The notes under the pieces are model-generated. The model did not search any database and was not told the origin of the DNA. It worked only from the letters and a program-made list of their open reading frames with translations. A stretch of 11,554 nucleotides of DNA from a virus (lineage: Duplodnaviria > Heunggongvirae > Uroviricota > Caudoviricetes), in the IMG/VR virus record IMGVR_UViG_3300035701_000012, one strand, 5' to 3'. Below, in pieces: positions 6,908 to 11,554 of the stretch. How positions within the stretch are numbered: the stretch's first letter is position 1; every line of letters begins with the position of its first letter. Position numbers and translations under genes: made by a program.

Positions 6908-7115
6908 TGGTCGTGGAAGATTAGATTATCAAGGAACTCAATCAGGAAGCGGTTCAAGTAAAAGATTGGATTTTTCTATAGATATTCAAGCAAGTAATCA
7001 ACAGTTAGAGGGATATATTGCAATAAATGATGCACCTACTGTCACAAAAGTCGGTGCTTTAGAAAAGTGGCAACTGAGGGAAAAATATATTCATGGAGAT
7101 AGAATTCCTGAATAG
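6888..7115 (+). CDS. Hypothetical protein, 75 aa
   Basis: ORF track; GAGGATGG SD-like sequence; 20-nt overlap with the upstream gene. Confidence 0.65.
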   Translation: MPNGQPDGRGRLDYQGTQSGSGSSKRLDFSIDIQASNQQLEGYIAINDAPTVTKVGALEKWQLREKYIHGDRIPE

Positions 7116-7124
7116 GTGAATAAA

Positions 7125-7196
7125 ATGAACGATGAAGAAAGTGAGAAAAGAAAAAATATTTCTAAGAAACGAGGTATCAATTATGGCAGACGATAA
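7125..7196 (+). CDS. Possible 23-aa peptide (MNDEESEKRKNISKKRGINYGRR)
   Basis: Manual translation; AGGTGA SD 5 nt upstream, as for neighbouring genes. Very short. Confidence 0.35.
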   Translation: MNDEESEKRKNISKKRGINYGRR

Positions 7197-7560
7197 TATC
7201 CGAATCCGATATGAGAACGGTAGAAAAATCGTAGAAATCACAGCAAGAGGCGGAGATTTAGATACTACTATCATGAAAGCAATGGAAACGGCACAAAGAG
7301 TTGGTGGAACATATCGTAGCTCGGAAGTTGCTGAAAGATGGACAGGAGACGTAATGGTGGGGAGTAACAGAGAACAAGTTAATATGTGGACTCGAAACGA
7401 AGCATATTGGCGAGATATTTTAAATCGAGAACCTGATAATTCTCAAGCAAAAAGAGAGATAGAAAGAAGCCGAGACGGTCAAGCTTTTTATGGGGAACAA
7501 CAGCGAAGACATCAACGAATGGCTAATGGCGGAAGCTATTTGGAAGATGATGAAAAGTAG
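7183..7560 (+). CDS. Hypothetical hydrophilic Arg-rich protein, ~125 aa
   Basis: ORF track 7132..7560; ATG 7183 preferred (GAGGT SD upstream). Confidence 0.75.
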   Translation: MADDNIRIRYENGRKIVEITARGGDLDTTIMKAMETAQRVGGTYRSSEVAERWTGDVMVGSNREQVNMWTRNEAYWRDILNREPDNSQAKREIERSRDGQAFYGEQQRRHQRMANGGSYLEDDEK

Positions 7561-7567
7561 TTCCTTT

Positions 7568-7961
7568 AATCTAAGATGGGAACTTCTCAATAATGTGAAT
7601 TGGTATTTTAATCTTAGATAGACGAGCTTGAAAAAAGAAAATTATTATGATGAATTTATTTCTCTAACGTATTTTTGGTGTTTTCATAATGAATATTTTC
7701 TTCCATTTGAGCTAATCTAAGATGCACCTATGGAGGGAGAAAGTTACCGGCTGGTGCAATCTTAGATGGTCGTGGTTCACAAGACAAATTTGCACACGAT
7801 ATGTAAGGGAGTGGCAGACGGATTTGGCATACAATGTGGAGCTCAATCTGAGATTGCTGAACAAATAGTTATAGTAATTTCATAAAAAACATTTCTTTCT
7901 AACGTAAAAACAGTGAATTTTTTATGGATATTCAATCTTTGTTACTGCAATCTCAGATTGA
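7568..7961. repeat. Cluster of six AATCT-N-AGAT boxes (7568, 7610, 7714, 7758, 7845, 7949) enclosing two ~115-bp fold-back modules with central TCTAACGTA
   Basis: All boxes read directly; central bases run A,T,A,T,G,C; perfect 15-bp inverted repeat 7843-7857/7947-7961; TCTAACGTA at 7663-7671 and 7898-7906. Confidence 0.9.
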
Positions 7962-7997
7962 TTTGCAAGTCATTGGTTGATAATTTCATGTTTTTAC

Positions 7998-8051
7998 TAT
8001 ATTCTGTGAAGTATATTTAGCAGTATATACAACAGGTTTAAATGCTTTACT
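7998..8051 (+). promoter_or_regulatory. Promoter P2 (TATA-like TTTAAAT at 8037-8043), homologous to P1
   Basis: GGTTTAAATGCTTTACT (8035-8051) matches 6367-6383 at 15/17; shared upstream TATATTCTGT and AGTATATA blocks; lies ahead of the right-hand operon. Confidence 0.55.
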
Positions 8052-8094
8052 ATCAATGATAATCAGTGATGATATAAGATAGGAGGCGGTTGAG

Positions 8095-8172
8095 ATGAAA
8101 ACGTTTGAACAAATAAAGAGTGAGAGCAAAATGAAAGTTTTTGCTGAAAGAAGTATAGGAGGCAACATTTAG
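8095..8172 (+). CDS. Possible 25-aa leader peptide (MKTFEQIKSESKMKVFAERSIGGNI)
   Basis: Same 12-nt RBS and spacing as three bona fide downstream genes; short. Confidence 0.45.
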   Translation: MKTFEQIKSESKMKVFAERSIGGNI

Positions 8173-8185
8173 TTTTTTCTTTTTT
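8173..8185 (+). terminator. Oligo-T tract TTTTTTCTTTTTT, possible archaeal-type terminator
   Basis: Directly follows the TAG of the 25-aa ORF. Archaeal intrinsic termination uses oligo-U tracts, but T-runs are common in AT-rich DNA. Confidence 0.35.
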
Positions 8186-8210
8186 ATTCATATTCAAATT
8201 TGGTGATACT

Positions 8211-8552
8211 ATGAAACGAATCCCAAGATTGGCAGATGAAAAATATGAGTTTGGCAAAATAAATTTTGGTCAAACTGGATGGGCAAACTTACATGGGATT
8301 GTTGAATCTCTCGAATTACACAGGACTTCTATGCCGTTCAGATGTGAAAAATGCAAAAAAGAATTTCCTGTGGGAACTCATTATATTGGGTCTGGTGGAT
8401 ATGATAAAACTTGTCCTGATTGTGCTGAATATAGATTTGAAAAAGTCAAAGAATATATCAAGGCTCTCAAGGTCATCGGGAAGTTTCATAAACAGATTTT
8501 GAAAAAATTTCAAAAGGAGATTGCAACAGCTAATATTAGTGCAAAATTATAG
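8211..8552 (+). CDS. Zinc-finger protein (CxxC...CxxC), 113 aa
   Basis: CEKC-x19-CPDC; GGTGA SD. Confidence 0.75.
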   Translation: MKRIPRLADEKYEFGKINFGQTGWANLHGIVESLELHRTSMPFRCEKCKKEFPVGTHYIGSGGYDKTCPDCAEYRFEKVKEYIKALKVIGKFHKQILKKFQKEIATANISAKL

Positions 8553-8564
8553 GAGGCGGTGAAT

Positions 8565-8840
8565 ATGACAAGAACAGGTGGAATCGGTTCGGTTGTGGTT
8601 TCAAGCAAAGTAGTTTATGAAGATAGAGAACACTGCAATCAAACTATAATAAAGACACATGGTGGAGAAATGGTGATAAATTTTTTCCCAGATGGTAGAG
8701 CTAAAATTGTTTGTGATGGAATTGTGAAAATCTTGGGTTTTCAGACAGAACAGATGGATTTGAATGCACAAGATTTGATAAATATAAAAATCGTTGGCAT
8801 GAGCAAAATAACTGATATTGCTAATGCAAAAAAGATATAG
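8565..8840 (+). CDS. Hypothetical protein, ~91 aa
   Basis: ORF track 8559..8840; ATG 8565 sits at the fixed N4 spacing from ATAGGAGGCGGT. Confidence 0.75.
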   Translation: MTRTGGIGSVVVSSKVVYEDREHCNQTIIKTHGGEMVINFFPDGRAKIVCDGIVKILGFQTEQMDLNAQDLINIKIVGMSKITDIANAKKI

Positions 8841-8852
8841 GAGGCGGTTGAA

Positions 8853-9914
8853 ATGAAACAAGTAAATCACATAGAAATGGAAAAGTTGATAGAAATTTGT
8901 TATAACAAGAAAATACCTCTTTTTGTTTGGGGAAGCGTAGGAATCGGCAAGTCTGATACAGTCAGGTTGTCAGCCAAGAATCTCGCAAAGAAATCAGGTA
9001 TTGAGTTCTCAGAAGATGATATAGAAAACGGTAAATTTGGGTTCGTGGATATACGAATATCACAGTTAGACCCAAGCGATTTGAGAGGTTTGCCAAGCTT
9101 TGACAAAGGAAAAACAAAATGGATGCCACCGAGTTGGTTGCCGACCAATCCGACAGGTAAAGGAATTTTGTTTTTCGATGAACTGAATTTGTCTGCTCCA
9201 AGTGTTCAGGCAGCGTGTTTCCAATTGATTTTAGATAGGCGATTGGGAGATTATAAACTGCCTAATGGTTGGTTCATCGTAGCAGCCGGTAATCGTGTCG
9301 AAGATAATCCGAGAGTTTTCGATATGCCTTCACCACTATTGAATAGATTCGTTCATTGTGAGTTGAAGATACCTTCAAGCGAAGAATGGACAGATTGGGC
9401 TTTGAAAAATCAAGTGGATACGAGAATCATATCTTTCTTGAACTTTAAGCCGAGCTTGTTGTTCAAGTATGATGCAAAGATGAAGGACAAATCTTTTCCG
9501 ACACCAAGAAGCTGGGTATTCGTCAGCACTTTGGTTAGTGGAGAGACCGATGAAGAGATTATTTACACATTAGTAAGTTGTGGTGTTGGCGAAGGTTGTG
9601 CAGTTGAATTCGGAGCATTCAACAAATTGCAGAGAAAGATAGATTTGGATGCAATCCTGAAAAACCCGGAGTCTACTACCAAGATAAAGGATATAGATTT
9701 GAAGTATTCTTTGGTCAGCTTTATCGCAGAAAAATACAGAAGTGATAGAAAACTTCTCGGAAAGATTCTGAATGTCTGTGATTACTTAGACCCTGAGTTC
9801 GCAATATTGATGTTGCGATTCACGAAATCGGCAAATCCTAAGTGGTTGGATGACATTCTGAAAGAGAAAAAATGGGAGGATATTTCCAAGAAGTATGGAA
9901 AATATCTGGTTTGA
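8853..9914 (+). CDS. MoxR-like (AAA_5/dynein-related) AAA+ ATPase, 353 aa
   Basis: Walker A GSVGIGKS, DIRISQLDPSDLRGLP helix-2 region, Walker B ILFFDELN, sensor-1 AAGN, Arg-finger LLNRF, and the TPRSW motif typical of this subfamily; adjacent VWA gene. Confidence 0.92.
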   Translation: MKQVNHIEMEKLIEICYNKKIPLFVWGSVGIGKSDTVRLSAKNLAKKSGIEFSEDDIENGKFGFVDIRISQLDPSDLRGLPSFDKGKTKWMPPSWLPTNPTGKGILFFDELNLSAPSVQAACFQLILDRRLGDYKLPNGWFIVAAGNRVEDNPRVFDMPSPLLNRFVHCELKIPSSEEWTDWALKNQVDTRIISFLNFKPSLLFKYDAKMKDKSFPTPRSWVFVSTLVSGETDEEIIYTLVSCGVGEGCAVEFGAFNKLQRKIDLDAILKNPESTTKIKDIDLKYSLVSFIAEKYRSDRKLLGKILNVCDYLDPEFAILMLRFTKSANPKWLDDILKEKKWEDISKKYGKYLV

Positions 9915-9928
9915 GATAGGTGAAAAAG

Positions 9929-11278
9929 ATGTCAGAACTCAAAGAAGCAAGAGATAAGATGATTGGCGCAAGAATATCTTTGCAAAAACAGTCGCCTTTC
10001 TTTTCTTATTTAGCTATGCACTTGAAGTTTGTGGAAAGAGATGAAATCTGCTCCGCAGGAGTGGATGGAGAGGGACATCTTTATTACAACAAAAAGTGGA
10101 TAGAACAATTTCCTATAGACCAAGTTAAAGCGGTTCTTTGTCATGAAGTTATGCATTTGGTTCTTGAGCATAATATAAGATGTGCAAAACGAATACACAG
10201 ACTTTACAATGTAGCTGCTGATTTGGTCATAAATGATATTCTTGTAAACAATAATTTTGATTTGCCGAAAACTTGCTTAATTCCAAGAGAAGACTGTCAT
10301 GAAATAACTTTGAAAGATTTTGGTATGAAAATAAAGAATCTCGACAAGAAGACGGCAGAAGAAGTTTATGATGAACTTTTCAAGCGAACAAAGAAAGAAA
10401 GAAAGGAGATGGAACAGCTAATCATAGAAATAGACTTTTCTGACGATTCAGAGAAAAGCAAAAATAAGGATGGTGGTCAGAGTGGGCAGGATTCTGGTGA
10501 TGGAAAGGATACGGCGCCTTCTCAATCTAAGATTGGTTCAGACGAACAAAAGGTAGGCAAGAAACTCTCTAAGGCAAAAAATCAGGATGGTATATCATCT
10601 CCAAGTCAATCTAAGATAGATGGACATGATAGTGGTGGCGAAAAGAAAGTCAACTGGAAGAAAGTTCTTGTTGAAGCCGGATTGTTCGCAAGAATGCGAG
10701 GTCAGATACCTTTGGGTATGGAGAGATATTTTGATAGAATATTTGGCGAGAAATTGAATTGGAGAGAGTTATTGCAGAGACATATAGTTAATCATATTCC
10801 TTATGATTATTCTTACATGAGACCTGCGAAGAAGTCGGTTTCAAGTGGATATTATATACCATCTATACGCAGGGAAAATATAGAAATCATTGTTTCGATA
10901 GATACAAGCGGTAGCATCAGCAAAGAAAATATAACCGAATTCCTCAGCGAAGTTTATGGAATACTGAAATCTTTCAATAACATAAGAATAATTTTGCTTT
11001 CTCATGATGTTGAAGTTCATGATGAATATGAACTTCAATCAATCTCAGATTTGGATGGCATCAAGATACGAGGTGGCGGTGGGACTTCTCATGTTCCATT
11101 ATTCAAATTCATCAGGAATAAATATCCAAATGCTGAACTCTTGATTTCAATCACAGATGGATACACGGAATATCCGAAGCAGGAGACTGTGAATACGATT
11201 TTTGTCATTAATAATAACCATCAGACCCCACCTTTTGGTGAGGTCATTAGATTAATAGGAGGCGGTGAAGATGAGTAA
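9929..11278 (+). CDS. HExxH metallopeptidase-like + VWA-domain protein (DUF2201-like), ~449 aa
   Basis: N-terminal VLCHEVMHLVLEH and N.A.D..IN motifs; low-complexity G/S/D/K linker; MIDAS DTSGS, GGGTSH and ITDG. ORF track start 9920; ATG 9929 preferred (AGGTGA SD). Confidence 0.9.
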   Translation: MSELKEARDKMIGARISLQKQSPFFSYLAMHLKFVERDEICSAGVDGEGHLYYNKKWIEQFPIDQVKAVLCHEVMHLVLEHNIRCAKRIHRLYNVAADLVINDILVNNNFDLPKTCLIPREDCHEITLKDFGMKIKNLDKKTAEEVYDELFKRTKKERKEMEQLIIEIDFSDDSEKSKNKDGGQSGQDSGDGKDTAPSQSKIGSDEQKVGKKLSKAKNQDGISSPSQSKIDGHDSGGEKKVNWKKVLVEAGLFARMRGQIPLGMERYFDRIFGEKLNWRELLQRHIVNHIPYDYSYMRPAKKSVSSGYYIPSIRRENIEIIVSIDTSGSISKENITEFLSEVYGILKSFNNIRIILLSHDVEVHDEYELQSISDLDGIKIRGGGGTSHVPLFKFIRNKYPNAELLISITDGYTEYPKQETVNTIFVINNNHQTPPFGEVIRLIGGGEDE

Positions 11279-11554
11279 ATATAACATAAAGATGGTCGGT
11301 AAGGATGACCTTTTAGATGATGTCTCGAATCTTCCTGAATTCGAGCTGAAGAAAATATATTTCAGGAACAATGGAGATTTAGTAAAGACCGAGAGATTCT
11401 TGGCAGTCGTGAATGAGAAGGAAGTTTTTGCCTGTGTTTCAAAGAGGTATATTCTCGTTCAGTTCAGGGACTTATTCAGGAATCTTTTATCAAAATTTGA
11501 TAACTATATAGGAGAAGTTATCTATTGGCGAGGAAGGGCATCACTGATTGTTTT
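11271..11554 (+). CDS. DUF932/DUF945-like protein, 3'-truncated (MSKYNIKMVGKDDLLDD...AVVNEKEVFACVSKRYILVQFRDLF...)
   Basis: Manual translation, open to the window end; ATAGGAGGCGGT RBS; AVV...VSKRY..VQ..D.F resembles the DUF932 N-terminal signature (recognised from memory, unverified). Confidence 0.55.
   Translation, partial: MSKYNIKMVGKDDLLDDVSNLPEFELKKIYFRNNGDLVKTERFLAVVNEKEVFACVSKRYILVQFRDLFRNLLSKFDNYIGEVIYWRGRASLIV

Larger units (their letters stand above)
8079..11266 (+). promoter_or_regulatory. Repeated extended ribosome-binding motif ATAGGAGGCGGT-N4-ATG (8079, 8549, 8837, 11255)
   Basis: Four exact 12-nt copies, each exactly 4 nt before an ATG; partial copy ATAGGAGGC at 8155. Confidence 0.85.
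1..11554. mobile_element. Probable archaeal virus / mobile element segment
   Basis: Single-strand gene organisation, many 50-140 aa hypothetical ORFs with abutting or overlapping stops/starts, GGTGA/GGAGG SD motifs, TTTAAAT promoters, a MoxR-VWA-DUF932-like module typical of viral accessory regions, and no housekeeping genes. No hallmark virion or integrase gene is in the window. Confidence 0.65.

Noticed and set aside
7132-7182. Longer N-terminus (ATG 7132) for the 7183-7560 gene
   Set aside because: ATG 7183 has its own GAGGT SD, and the upstream GGTGA SD is correctly spaced for ATG 7125 in another frame.
6906-7775. 11-bp repeat GATGGTCGTGG at 6906 and 7765
   Set aside because: A single 11-mer match is expected by chance in a window of this size; no flanking similarity.
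7568-7961. CRISPR or mini-CRISPR array interpretation of the box cluster
   Set aside because: Repeats are only 10-15 bp, alternate in orientation and have spacers of 32-94 bp; no cas genes or leader.
7610-7961. Canonical integron attC sites or TIGR-type arrays
   Set aside because: No RYYYAAC/GTTRRRY terminal boxes at the hairpin ends, no gene cassettes between modules, no box C/D motifs or fixed short periodicity; only the general fold-back architecture is similar.
7722-8082. Short ORFs in the control region (7722-7868, 48 aa; 7924-7980, 18 aa)
   Set aside because: No SD motifs, unusual composition, and they overlap the repeat and hairpin structures that better explain the sequence.
498-11038. 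All minus-strand ORFs in the track (e.g. 498-767, 745-1122, 4315-4670, 8900-9201, 10841-11038)
   Set aside because: They are antisense shadows of well-supported + strand genes or cross structured non-coding DNA; they lack evident SD motifs and show F/L/S/I-rich composition typical of reverse-read A-rich DNA.

Overview
An AT-rich, densely packed window with every credible gene on the + strand. Most starts have archaeal-type Shine-Dalgarno motifs (GGTGA/GGAGG) and two TTTAAAT TATA-like promoters are visible, so this is most likely part of an archaeal virus or other mobile element (inference: no hallmark capsid, terminase or integrase gene lies in the window). It has three blocks. (1) 1-6276: about 15 small hypothetical proteins, two multi-pass membrane proteins, a 690-aa Cys-rich (46 Cys) membrane-anchored surface protein and a probable winged-helix DNA-binding protein. 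(2) 6276-7560: a 33-bp near-perfect palindrome and promoter, then an operon of small Arg-rich, Lys-poor hydrophilic proteins. (3) 7561-end: a ~530-bp non-coding control region, then a Zn-finger protein, a MoxR-like AAA+ ATPase, an HExxH/VWA (DUF2201-like) partner and a truncated DUF932-like gene. The most striking unexplained signal is non-coding. The palindromic box AATCT-N-AGAT occurs 10 times, all between 6317 and 11050, including three times inside the VWA gene. Four of these boxes bound two gaplessly alignable ~115-bp fold-back modules, each carrying the same nonamer TCTAACGTA at its centre of symmetry. All family assignments are from motif recognition by eye, not database searches.
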